This document shows positions 17,991 to 29,924 of a DNA stretch of 64,000 bases, in pieces. Origin of the DNA: Eledone cirrhosa (lineage: Eukaryota); the NCBI GenBank assembly GCA_964016885.1, contig OZ024750.1:39556001-39620000 (forward strand), given 5' to 3'. Position numbers and translations under genes: made by a program. The notes under the pieces are model-generated. The model searched no databases. It was not told the DNA's origin and was given only the letters and a program-made list of their open reading frames with translations. Numbering within the stretch: position 1 is the stretch's first letter; each line of letters opens with the position of its first letter.

Positions 17991-18478
17991 TATATATACA
18001 TATATATATATATACATATATATATGTGTATATACAGAGGTATATAGTGAGAAAGAAAGAAAGAATGAAGCAAAGGAAGAAATGCTAATTAATAAGGTGC
18101 CGAGACGCTGGCTAGTTAATTTCAAGGGAGGTAATTTGCAACGGTAATCAATAGAGAGCTGTGTCGAGTATTGTTAGTAAGATAATAGAGAACAACGGAT
18201 AGCTCTGTAAATTAGCACCATTTTAGTAGGGGAAAGTGTTATAAATGAAGGAAATATCAATACATAAATATCATTAGAATTGCTGGTGTTGATAGCAGGG
18301 AAACTCCAATGATAAGTAGGTTACGGCTGGGATATCAATATATATACTACTCTGCTTATATAGCTTGAAGGAGCTTAAAGACAGCCATGTGGTTGTGAAT
18401 CGATTGAGGGTAGAAACTGGCTGGCTGGTGGTTGGATGGTTGATTGGATGGCTGGTTGTTTGGATGGTTAGATGGATG

Positions 18479-18532
<54 letters not shown>

Positions 18533-18675
18533 CGAAGGAAATGTGGTAAGGATCCAGATGGACCATAACGGACCAGAGTACTCAATACTTAGGGTAGTAG
18601 AGTGGGTAATAGGAAAAAGTATGACCCCGACGGCAGAGCTCAAGCCGTTTCGGCGGCTATTTCTGGACTCCAGAA

Positions 18676-18706
<31 letters not shown>

Positions 18707-18717
18707 TATGTATGTAA

Positions 18718-18825
<108 letters not shown>

Positions 18826-18864
18826 ATATTTAATAAATAGAAACTATATTTATAAAACCATATT

Positions 18865-18925
18865 TATTCTATTATATATATTTCAAGGGCACCAAAACTT
18901 TGGTACGCTTTCATCAGATAAAATA
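18865..18925 (-). ncRNA. Hammerhead ribozyme candidate, AT-rich family 2
   Basis: Minus strand: tattttat-CTGATGA-aagcgtaccaaa-gt-tttggtgccctt-GAAA-tata-TA-taatagaata. Confidence 0.6.
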
Positions 18926-19007
18926 CAAAGTTTGTTTTATAAATTTTGACGTAACCAAGGAAAGATACCTTAAACGGTTCAAGCTTTCCTTGGATGGTTG
19001 GTACACA

Positions 19008-19043
<36 letters not shown>

Positions 19044-19048
<5 letters not shown>

Positions 19049-19345
19049 ATATTAAATAAATGGAAACTATATTTATAAAACCATATTTATTCTATTATAT
19101 ATATTTCAAGGGTACCAAAAACTTTGTGTTTTATAAATTTTGTCATAGCCAAGGAACATACCTCATCAGTTGAATTTTCCAAGGAAAATTCAATTTATAA
19201 AACAAAGTTTTTGGTACCCTTGAAATATATATAATAGAATAAATATGGTTTTATAAATATAGTTTCCATTTATTTAATATCATTGAATATTTACTCCAGA
19301 AACTGTCGAGTGCTCTGAATCAGTTATAAACATTTATATTTATTG
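19044..19345. mobile_element. Inverted-arm copy of family 2 (hammerhead 5' half deleted)
   Basis: 19044-19125 pairs with ~19204-19285; it retains ggtacccttGAAAtatatataat but no CTGANGA box. Confidence 0.65.
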
Positions 19346-19374
19346 AATTTCCAACAAATTAAATATCCCTTCTG

Positions 19375-19451
<77 letters not shown>

Positions 19452-19647
19452 ATATATATATAGGAAAAAAGTATGAGTCCAGAAACAGAAAAAGCCGCCG
19501 AAACGGCTTGAGCTCTGCCGTCGGGGTCATACTTTTTCCTATTACCCACTCTCCTACCCTATGTATTGATTACTCTGGTGCGTTATGGTCCATCTGGTTC
19601 CTTACCACAACTCCTTCGTATATATATTATTATTATATATATATTAT

Positions 19648-19698
<51 letters not shown>

Positions 19699-19701
<3 letters not shown>

Positions 19702-19741
19702 ATCCCATTTCTTGTGCGGCCTTGTGGCAAATAAAGAAACC
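19699..19741 (+). mobile_element. Extreme 3' tip of a Tx1-type LINE
   Basis: ccttgtggcaaataaagaaac followed by ctatctatct; same terminal motif (gtggc(a/t)aataaa) and TATCT flank as the larger Tx1 copies. Confidence 0.5.
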
Positions 19742-19760
19742 TATCTATCTCTTCTTCTAT

Positions 19761-19794
<34 letters not shown>

Positions 19795-20199
19795 GTGCTC
19801 CGGTAAAAGTCGAAAGGGGACCACAATTACACTAAGGTATGTGTATGTGTGTGTATATATATATATGTGTGTATGTGTGTGTGTGTATATATATATGTCT
19901 GTGTGTGTGCCTATGTGTATATATATGTGTGTGTATATATATGTGTGCGTGTGTGTGTATATATATGTGTGTATGTGTATATATGTGTGTGTGTATATAT
20001 ATGTGTGTGTGTGTGCGTGTGTGTATATATAATTATATATGTGTGTGTGTGTGTGTCTCTGCCCCTATGTTTACCAATCCCCCCCCTCCAGAACAGAAAT
20101 TGAAAAACAAAACAAAATGAAATAAAACAAATGTAATAAATTGTTGACAGTAAATAATTAGGTCAGTAGGTTAGTGTGTTAGATAGGAGTTCAATATAC

Positions 20200-20645
20200 C
20201 AGCATCATCATTACCATCATCATCATCACCATCATCACCACCATCACCACCATCACCATCATCATTACCATCGCCTTCATCATCACTACCACCATCACCA
20301 TCGCCTTCAACATCACCAACACCATCATCACTACCATCATCACCACCATCATCACCATCACCACCAGCATCACCATCATCATCATAACCACCACTGCCAC
20401 CAGCATCACCACCACCACCACCACCACCACCACCACCACCACCACCATCAACATCATCACCATCATCACCAGCACCACCACCAGCATCACCATCACCACC
20501 ATCATCATCACCACTATCATCATCATCACCACCAGCACCACCACCAGCACCAGCACCAGCACCACCACCACCACCACCACCATCACCACTATCATCATCA
20601 TCACCACCAGCACCACCACCACCACCACCACCATCATCATCATCA
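20200..20645. repeat. (CAT/CAC/CAG)n trinucleotide array
   Basis: Direct observation; the poly-His ORF is an artefact. Confidence 0.9.
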
Positions 20646-21652
20646 ATATATTTCTAGTTGACAATAACCCCGTATATACGAAATTCCACGATCAGTCAGT
20701 CATTTTTTTTTTTACCCCGTTGTTTATAAAAGCCCCTATTTTACACATCAAAGTCCATGAAAATAAGAAAAAAAAAAAAAGGAGTACTTTTCTCTTCCTG
20801 CCCAGTAAAACTGTAAAAAGGGTCCCAAAGAAAACAATAGTAAAAGCTAAGAAAGGTAAGGGACTAAATCAGTTATTAGCTGTTTTATTTCCCGCCCAGT
20901 GGTGTTTCTTCATTGCAGACAAGAACAAAAGAACTGTTATATGGAAGACCGTAGTGAAGTCTTTTGTAATGTTGGTATTACAGTTTCTAAGTCAATCACT
21001 GTAAATTTAGAAATATAATAAAAATACAAAAAACTCAACTCAAGACCCCCCCCCCACACACACACACTAAACAACCCCGAAATCCCCCCTCCCCCTACAC
21101 ATCCCCCCCACACACAAATCCCCGGCACACAAATCCCAAGATAGCAAAAAAAAGACAAACATCGACTTTAAGAAACTACAAGTAATAGTGGGAGACAATA
21201 GCCTCGTTGGACGGTATAAACTGCTTGAAAGAGAAGTGTGGGGTGGGGTGTGGTGGTGGTGGAAGTGGTGGTGTGGTGTGGTGAGGTGTGGTGGTGGTAT
21301 CGGTGGTGGTGGTGGTGGTGGTGGTAGGGGGGGGGGTTGTTTTGGTGGTGGTGAGGGTGGTGGTGGTAGTGGTGTTGGTGGTGGTAGTGGTGTTGGTGAG
21401 TTGTGGTGGTGTTGGTGGTGGTGTTGGGTGAAATGTGGTGGTGGTGTTGGTGGTGGGGGTGAGGTGTGGTGGTAGTGGTGTTGTTGGTGGTAGTGGTGTT
21501 GGTGAGTGGTGGTGGTGGTTGTGTGTGGTGGTGTTGGTGAGGTGTGGTGGTGGTGGTGAGGAGGCTGGTGCAGAGACGGTGGGGATGGCACACTAACAGA
21601 CCAATGAATGGTTCACCTTGTATTGTTCAACAACAACAACAACATCAACAAT

Positions 21653-21695
<43 letters not shown>

Positions 21696-21893
21696 TCAAC
21701 ATCAACAACAACAACAACAACAATATGGGTGCTACACCAAACAACACAAATAGTCACCCAAACAAAACACATTCACACACTACAACACATACGTGATCAT
21801 ATATATATAGACACGCGCACACACACACATATATATATATGTGATAATACATATGATGGCTGCCCCCTCGTTATCGAGTATGGCCATTGCACA

Positions 21894-21959
<66 letters not shown>

Positions 21960-21976
21960 AAAAAAAAAGGGAAAAG

Positions 21977-22009
<33 letters not shown>

Positions 22010-22228
22010 TATACATACATATATATATACACATATATATACACACACACATACATACACATACATACATATATACACACACACATACATACACATACAC
22101 TCACACATATATACACACATACATTAATAACAATAATAATAATAATAGCAATTATAATAATAACGACAACAACAATAATAATATACATATTCATATATAT
22201 ATACACACACACACGCACGCACATAAGC

Positions 22229-22265
<37 letters not shown>

Positions 22266-22266
<1 letters not shown>

Positions 22267-25200
22267 GATAGCAACTAACAGTGCTGCGATCGAATGTGGC
22301 TTTTTAGCCCAGCCAATGATCTAAAATGTCTTGCACAGAGTCGGCAACCAAAACATTTACTGGGAATAGTCGGCTGTGGTTGGAGTTCGTGTACTTTTGC
22401 ATGTCGCTTGAGTCCTCCTGCTGATTTACATTCTCTACCACATGTTTGGCAAGCATGATGAGTAGCATCTCCAACAGCAGCCTGGTAGTCAACCACTGGT
22501 CTTACTTTATGACTGCGAAGATGACTTTCGAGTCCAGCTTTGCTTAGGCAGAGTCTCGCACAGACGCTGCATGTCAGAAACATAGGAGGACCCTCGCCGT
22601 CTGGAAGTGCAACAGCAATACCCTTCCTCACGTCCCGCTTTACTTTCTCGTGTGCGATTCGAGATGCCTCAAAGGCAACTTTTCCCTCATATACAGTCTT
22701 TCTCCATTTATTACGATCAGCAGCAATATTTTCCCATGTATCAGCAGAGATGTTAGCGTCTTTCAGAGAGGCCTTCAAGGAATCCTTATACCTCTTTTTT
22801 GGTTTATGTGGCGGTCGTTTTCCTTTAACCAACTCTCCATAGAAGAGTTGTTTTGGTATTCTAGAATCCTTCATCCTGGCAAGGTGACCACTCCAACGGA
22901 GTCGCTGCTTAAGCACAAGAGCTTCTATACTGTCACACATAGAGCTTTCCAAAATCTCGACATCACTGATGTGGTCCCTCCAGCGAACGCCATGTATCCG
23001 TCTGAGACACATCTGATGGAAACGCTCCAATTGCTTAAGGTGGCGTCGATATGCGACCCAGGTCTCGCAGGCATAAAGAAGACAAGAGAGTACACATGCC
23101 CTGTACACCCTTACCTTTGTCCTCCTGCATATGTCTCGCCGACCCCAGAGTCGCCTTTCTAGCTTTCCGAAAGCATCACTTGCTTTCCTAATCCTAAGTG
23201 AGATTTCACCGTCAAGGTTGCCGTATCGATTGACAGTGCTTCCCAGGTAGACAAACTGATCAACCACTCCAAGTCGTTTGCCATACACATAGATGTTTGG
23301 TTCAGTGTACTGCCCACCAGGTGCAGGTTGGTACATGACGACGGTTTTCTTGAGACTGACAGTCAAACCCAGGGCAGTGCAAGCGTCAGAAAATACATTC
23401 AAAATGTGCTGCATATCACTCTCTGTGTGCGCTACAAGATCGCAATCATCTGCATACAAGAGGTCTCTTATGACTGATGTAAATACTTTTGTCTTCGCAG
23501 CAAAGCGCCTGATGTTAAATATGCTGCCTGAGGTTCGATATCGGATGTAAACACCATGCTCGCAATTCCTGAATGCAATACAGAAAACCATTGCAAAGTA
23601 TATGGCAAACAGGGTCGGTGCTGGAATATCCCCCTGTTTCACTCCATTTTTTACTGAGATAGGCTCCGACATGTTACCTCCGACATTAACCCAAGCCTTC
23701 ATGTCGTCATGGAAAGACCTAACTAAAGCAAGGAACTTATCAGGGCAACCAAGTTTCTGGAGAACCTTCCATAATGCATCTCTGTTGACAGTATCGAAAG
23801 CCTTTGTCAGATCGACAAAAACCTGATACAGATCCAAGCCCTGTTCAATGCACTTCTCCTGGAGCTGTCTAGCTGAGAAGATCATATCAGTAGTGCCGCG
23901 TCCAACACGAAAACCAGATTGACTTTCAGGAAGGACACAATCTGCAATGTGTGTCAGCAGACGGTCCAGAAGCACCCTACATAAAACTTTCCCCACGACA
24001 GAAAGCAATGATATACCTCTGTAGTTCCCACAATCATTCCTGTTACCCTTTCCCTTGTACAAGACCACCATTACTGCATCTCTCCAGTCCTCAGGCACGG
24101 ATTCATTAGCCCATATCCTTCCAAACAGAGAGTGAAGATGTTGCAGGAGTCTCTCACCACCATATTGTAGGAGCTCAGCATGTATGCCATCCATACCTGG
24201 AGATCTTCCACTGTTCAGCTTCGAAATAGCCACTGCAACCTCCACAAGTGTCGGAGGTTCTGCGAGAGCTACTTTCACAGGACTTTCCGGAATGAGATTG
24301 AGGAAATCTTCACTGACGACAGACGGCTGATTCAAAAGATCATCAAAGTGCTCTCGCCACCTTCGTAGAATTCCCTGTGAGTCACGAAGAAGTTCTTTGC
24401 CATCCTTGCTGCGAATCGGTGTCACCAGAGAAGAAGACGGTCCATAAACCTCACGCAAGAGACTGTACAACAGCTTTGTGTTATTGCAATCAGACGCAGT
24501 TTGTATCTCACCAGCCTTCTCACTCCACCACTGATCCTTCATCTGAGAAAGACTCCGCCTAACACGTGATTTTACATCCCTGAGCTCCTCATGCAACGTA
24601 TTCCTCTCCTGTGGTTTTGCCGTCAAGTAGCGTGACAGAGCGCGCCTCTTATCAGCCAACAAGTCATCTATATGCACATCTTTCTCATTAAACCAGTCCT
24701 GATGTTTTCTCTGCACCAATCCCAGAACACGTCTGCCTACATCATAAACCGACTTTTTAAGGGTCAGCCAATCCTCACCAAGATCTGCAGCCTGCATCTC
24801 TTCTTCCAATGTCCTCTTCACATTTTTATCCTTAAGACGAGCAGCATTCAATCTTTTGGGCAGGGTAACACCAGGAGCCCGGATTTTACGTTTGGTGATT
24901 AGATTCACTTTTGCGCGTACCAGGCGGTGGTCCGTCCAGCACTCAGCTCCACGAAGAACACGAACACACTGCACATCCTGTCTGTCACGCATCCTGACTA
25001 GGACGTAGTCCAAAAGATGCCATTCCTTAGATGCAGGATGCATCCATGTGGTCTTGAATTTGTTCTTTTGTTGGAACATGGTGTTGGTAACACACAGATC
25101 CAGCTCCTCACACATCTGCAGCAAGAGCATACCATTGCTGTTACACTTTCCCACCCCATGCCTTCCGATTACATTCCATGTGTTAAAATCCCTACCCACT

Positions 25201-25863
25201 CTAGCATTAAAGTCACCAAGCACGATGACTTTGTCTGCCTGAGGGATATTTCTTAAAACACCTTTCAAGGCATGGTAAAAGGACAGTTTTTCTTCATCGA
25301 CAGAATTCATAGTTGGAGCATACACACTCACCAGGGTAGCATATCTTCCCTTGTCCAGCGGAACTCTCATGGACATAAGACGCTCACTAATCCCCACTGG
25401 GAATTCTTCTAATTTATTCACCAGTACAGTCTTAACAGCAAATCCTACCCCAGCCTCTCTTCTGGTTCCTTCATCTCTTCCTTTCCAGAAGAATGTATAT
25501 TCTCCACAAAATTCCGTAAGATGACCATCTCCAGCTAACCTCGTCTCAGACAAAGCCACGATGTCAAGATCGTAACGTCGAAGCTCCTTCGCAACAAGAG
25601 CGGTCCTTCGTTCAGGACGCTCCAAAGAATCCCTGTCAAGCAGCGTCCGTACGTTCCAGCAGCCAAGACTAAATGCCCTGTTTGGCTCTATTACAATGGC
25701 ACGATGACGGGCGGGCCCAGGTTGTGATAACTTGGGGCCCCTGCCCTTATTGCCAATGATCTCTTTTGTTCCAGAACCCAAATTGGCAATTATCTCGTTT
25801 ACATTGTTCTGGAACATCATTGAATTGGAAAAAAAAAAAAAAAAAAAAAAAAAAGTAATAATA

Positions 25864-25898
<35 letters not shown>

Positions 25899-26199
25899 AC
25901 ACTATTAATAATTATTAATGCACTCGTGCAATGCCTGTGCGTGACGAATATTTTTAAAGTGAGGAAAGACTGTGCACTGAACCAATCCCACTCTCTGAGC
26001 GACAGTAGCTATAACCCGAAAAGAAGAAAAGATCAACATCATCGGTAACTACTGAGCCGCAGGTTTTATATCGGAGTTAACCCAGTTTCCTGAGATGCCT
26101 TCTCCTAGAAGAATACCCTGACATGGGCTAGGGGTTCTTCACTCCCAGTGGTTTAACTGCGCGATCGGGCATCCAGCCCGATTATTTCTATGTCCCCGC

Positions 26200-26201
<2 letters not shown>
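22266..26201 (-). mobile_element. Apparently full-length single-ORF RTE LINE
   Basis: The ORF is followed after ~9 nt by a (TG)n tail. The upstream region carries gtcaggg...tctaggagaagg...aactccgatataaaacc, recalled as typical of RTE 5'UTRs. The 5' boundary is approximate and no TSD was found. Confidence 0.8.
22275..25820 (-). CDS. RTE-clade non-LTR retrotransposon polyprotein: APE endonuclease + reverse transcriptase + three C2H2 zinc fingers (1181 aa, uninterrupted)
   Basis: EN motifs WNVRTL, ALSETR, VYAPT, LGDFNARVG, LDYV and TDHRLV; RT motifs YRGISLL, QSGFR, FVDLTKAFD, GVKQG, LYADD and YLGS; RTE-type RLRWSGH..RM...RIPKQLFYG; C-terminal CSVC..H..H, CQTC..H..H and CRLC..H..H. Confidence 0.95.
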   Translation of the reverse strand: MMFQNNVNEIIANLGSGTKEIIGNKGRGPKLSQPGPARHRAIVIEPNRAFSLGCWNVRTLLDRDSLERPERRTALVAKELRRYDLDIVALSETRLAGDGHLTEFCGEYTFFWKGRDEGTRREAGVGFAVKTVLVNKLEEFPVGISERLMSMRVPLDKGRYATLVSVYAPTMNSVDEEKLSFYHALKGVLRNIPQADKVIVLGDFNARVGRDFNTWNVIGRHGVGKCNSNGMLLLQMCEELDLCVTNTMFQQKNKFKTTWMHPASKEWHLLDYVLVRMRDRQDVQCVRVLRGAECWTDHRLVRAKVNLITKRKIRAPGVTLPKRLNAARLKDKNVKRTLEEEMQAADLGEDWLTLKKSVYDVGRRVLGLVQRKHQDWFNEKDVHIDDLLADKRRALSRYLTAKPQERNTLHEELRDVKSRVRRSLSQMKDQWWSEKAGEIQTASDCNNTKLLYSLLREVYGPSSSLVTPIRSKDGKELLRDSQGILRRWREHFDDLLNQPSVVSEDFLNLIPESPVKVALAEPPTLVEVAVAISKLNSGRSPGMDGIHAELLQYGGERLLQHLHSLFGRIWANESVPEDWRDAVMVVLYKGKGNRNDCGNYRGISLLSVVGKVLCRVLLDRLLTHIADCVLPESQSGFRVGRGTTDMIFSARQLQEKCIEQGLDLYQVFVDLTKAFDTVNRDALWKVLQKLGCPDKFLALVRSFHDDMKAWVNVGGNMSEPISVKNGVKQGDIPAPTLFAIYFAMVFCIAFRNCEHGVYIRYRTSGSIFNIRRFAAKTKVFTSVIRDLLYADDCDLVAHTESDMQHILNVFSDACTALGLTVSLKKTVVMYQPAPGGQYTEPNIYVYGKRLGVVDQFVYLGSTVNRYGNLDGEISLRIRKASDAFGKLERRLWGRRDICRRTKVRVYRACVLSCLLYACETWVAYRRHLKQLERFHQMCLRRIHGVRWRDHISDVEILESSMCDSIEALVLKQRLRWSGHLARMKDSRIPKQLFYGELVKGKRPPHKPKKRYKDSLKASLKDANISADTWENIAADRNKWRKTVYEGKVAFEASRIAHEKVKRDVRKGIAVALPDGEGPPMFLTCSVCARLCLSKAGLESHLRSHKVRPVVDYQAAVGDATHHACQTCGRECKSAGGLKRHAKVHELQPQPTIPSKCFGCRLCARHFRSLAGLKSHIRSQHC

Positions 26202-26238
<37 letters not shown>

Positions 26239-26667
26239 ACTTATTGACACTTATACGTACGACATACACACACACGCATACATATGCGTGCACACAGCAA
26301 CACTCACACACACAACAAACACACACACACGCTACTCTACTCACTTACACGCACACACACACATATATATATATATATTACCGTCATTACTGATACAAGA
26401 TTACCAGATTATGTCAACTGTTGACTTTCAAGAGTTTGTATAGTTGAAGCCGATCGTATTACAGTCCAGTATTACTATAATTGCTTTACAGCATAGAGTT
26501 ATGGCTCTCCACGGAGTCAACAAAAGAGAGTACCAGTGATGCGCTGGCCAGTCGCTGGATCCGTGCCAAAAGCAGAAAAATTATTATTAAAGTTGTTCTT
26601 AAGGTCGCTGGTGATGGTGATGGCGGTGGCGGTGGTGGTGGTGGTGGCAGTTGATGTTGTTGTTCTG

Positions 26668-26724
<57 letters not shown>

Positions 26725-27452
26725 GTTATTTTGAGTTTTTTTTTTTTCCTTTCTTTTTTTCTCCCTTTTTTTTTCCCCTTCCCTTTTCTTTTTTCTTTTC
26801 CCTTCCTTTTTTTATGTTTTGATGCCGCTGTTGTTGTTGTTGTTGTAATTGTTGTAAATGTTCATTTCAGTTCATTCTGAAGCTGTTGTTGCTGTAAACA
26901 TTAGTGCCGGTGTTGTTGTTGTTGTAGATGTTGGGGTTGAAATCTGGTTGTTTGACTGAGTGATGTATATACACACATATACATACACACACATATATAT
27001 ATATACATTCATCAGAGTAGAGAGTCATTACCATACCATACCCTATCGAGACTAAAGTCATCGATAATACATATATATATATATATACACACGTACAAGC
27101 ACACATACATTCATATACACATGTACACAAACACACGTACACACACACACATTCATACATACACACGTACACACACGAGTACACACACATGCATACACAC
27201 GTACACATACATATATATACACACACATGCACACATACACACACGCACACGTACACTCACACATACACACACACACGTACACACATACATACACACACAT
27301 ACACACTCACGCACACATACACACACGTACATATATACACACAAAAACACATACACACGCATACATACAAATACACACACATACATGTATACATACACAC
27401 ACATACAAACATACACACACACATACATACATAAGTATAGACACATACACGC

Positions 27453-27518
<66 letters not shown>

Positions 27519-27691
27519 TAAACGGAATAGAAAATGCTGACAAATTGTTCACAGTGAAAAATAGTTTAATTAGGAATAAGTGAGAATTAGTAATAGCATT
27601 GGTTAGTATTCAGTTTTGGTTTTAAGTTTTACCGGTTGCGCATTTCTAATGCTTTTCAAAATAATTTTGAGATAGAGCGTCCGTGATGTTT

Positions 27692-27763
<72 letters not shown>

Positions 27764-27811
27764 CAGAGAGGGAGAGAGAGAAAGAGAAAGGGATGACAGT
27801 GAAGGAGATAG

Positions 27812-27858
<47 letters not shown>

Positions 27859-27984
27859 TATCTCTCTCTCTCTCTATATATATATATAGAGAGAGAGAGG
27901 TAGAGAAAGAAAGACCGATAGGCTGATAGACAGACAGATAGAGAACTATATAGATATATAGAGAGCTAGATAGATATACAGATA

Positions 27985-29565
27985 TGTTTCTTTTATTTGC
28001 CACCAGGGCATCAAAAGTGGGACAAGTACAAAGGGGGGAGTTTACACAAAAAGGCGTCCTCAATAAGGAGGAGGCAATAACAAAATATAAAAATAAAATA
28101 AGATATAACAAAAAATAAAATTTATAACAAAATCCTCAATAGAGAGGAGGCGCCTTGGGGGGTCGCACACACCCCCAAAAAAAGTGTGCAACCCTTCTCC
28201 TCAGGAGCACAGAGAAGGGGTGCTCCCTTGGTCTTTCATCTTCCTCACCTATAGTCTGATGTAGAGTGAAGGCCCATTCACACGGGCCATTCTCGCCACT
28301 TTCACCCATCTTTCATAGAAACGGCTGGGGTGCAGCACCTCTCTCTCCATCCTGATCCTTCTTCCGAAATGATATCGGAAGAAACGGACCAGTTGTTGGC
28401 CAGAGAGAAAGGTGCCTGACCTCAGTCCTTTCAGACGCGTCCACCATACAACCTCTTTCGCCATGGCTATTACGCACAGAAACACCGCCTCTGCTTCATC
28501 TTTGAAGGGGGGTAGGCGGCTTGATCATTACAATAGACTCGGTGGTCAACTGGATCGGTCCCACCCTTGACAGCAGTTGTTCGACATAGCCCCACAGATC
28601 GGCTACGCCCGAGTAGTGTATCAATGCGTGTGCAACGGTTTCCTCGTCGCACACGCATCTGGGACAGATCTTTTTGGCGGGGTCCCTACCCGGGCGCCCG
28701 TGTCTGTAGAGCCTTTCTCGAACGGGTAAAGCCCCTCGGTAGCACTGTCAGGCCAGGGACTTCTGGAAGTTGTCCATAGGTCCCGGGCTGAATGTCCTAC
28801 CGAACAGGCTGGCCAGTTCGTCCTCCTCCATGTCTAGGGCTTCTCCGAGGGCGTCGTCGCACCTGCTGCGTACCAGCCCTCTATAGAATGTTGCGGTGGA
28901 GTCTCCACTGATAACCGGATCCGCCTGCCAGAGGGCGGTGAGGGCCTGGGCACACTCAGTGTGCCAGGCGCCCAGTTTTCTCGGTCTTTGCTTGACCCAG
29001 GATTGCAGCTCGGTGAGTGAGACGAGTCTGGGAAAGGTTCGTCTCACAAACGAGGCCCACACCGGTTGTCCGGTGAGGAATACGTAGAGGTGCCGTAGCC
29101 TTAATGCGTGTTTACGCATCATTAGCCACGGCATCCCCAGCCCTCATTTCGAAGGGTGTTGACAGCAGATGGATCTCCTCACCATAGGAGCCCGCCTCTT
29201 CCAAAGGAATTGGAAGAGCGCGCGCTCCATCTTGGTGAGGGTTTCCCTTGGGCAGGGCACTACGGTCAGGCGGTAGTAGATGACGGACGCTATGTAGGTG
29301 TTCGCCACCTCCGCCCGACCTTTCAGGGATAGTTTGCAACTGGCCCACTTCTGGGTCAGTGCAAACACCCTGTTCGTAACCTCCGCCCAGTTTTTCTCCA
29401 CCTGGAGGTCCGGTCCGAACCAGACCCCGAGCAACTTCACCGGGCCCTCCGTCCAGCGTCCGACGACGCCATCGGAGGGCATCGGTCTGCCCCTCCACGT
29501 GCCGAGTTGCAAACCGATCGACTTGTCCCGGTTCAGCTTAGCCCCTGTGAACTTTTCGTACTCCT
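27985..29565 (-). mobile_element. 5'-truncated, frameshifted Tx1-clade LINE (family B relative)
   Basis: ORF pieces 29144-29512, 28748-29134 and 28249-28485 align with the ORF2 C-terminal halves of the two long copies (LGVWFGPDL, PGPMDNFQKSLA, ERWVKVARMARVNGP); the 3' end is gtggcaaataaaagaaac. Confidence 0.9.
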
Positions 29566-29924
29566 ATAGATATACAGATAGAGAGCTAGATAGATATACA
29601 GATAGAGAGCTAAATAGATATACAGATAGAGAGCTAAATAGATATATAGAGAGCTAGATAGATATATAGAGAGCTAGATAGATATACAGATAAATTTCTA
29701 TTTATTTGCCACGAGGGCACAAAAGAAGGGGACATTTACACAGTGGGGAAGTTTACATAAATCGAGTAAAGAAAAAAGGAATAACAATAATAATATAACA
29801 ATAAAAAGTCCTCAAAAGGGAGGGGGCGTGTTGGGGATTGCACATACCCCCGAAAAGTGTGCAACTCTTTTCGCGGGGGAAGCCCAGAGAGGAGGCGCTC
29901 CCCCTTTCCTCTTCACTTCTTCAC

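Noticed and set aside
20806-20990. Possible host exons (cccag|...AAAG|gtaagg and ttcattgcag|)
   Set aside because: Splice-like signals exist, but there is no recognisable protein or further exons; unsupported without RNA data.
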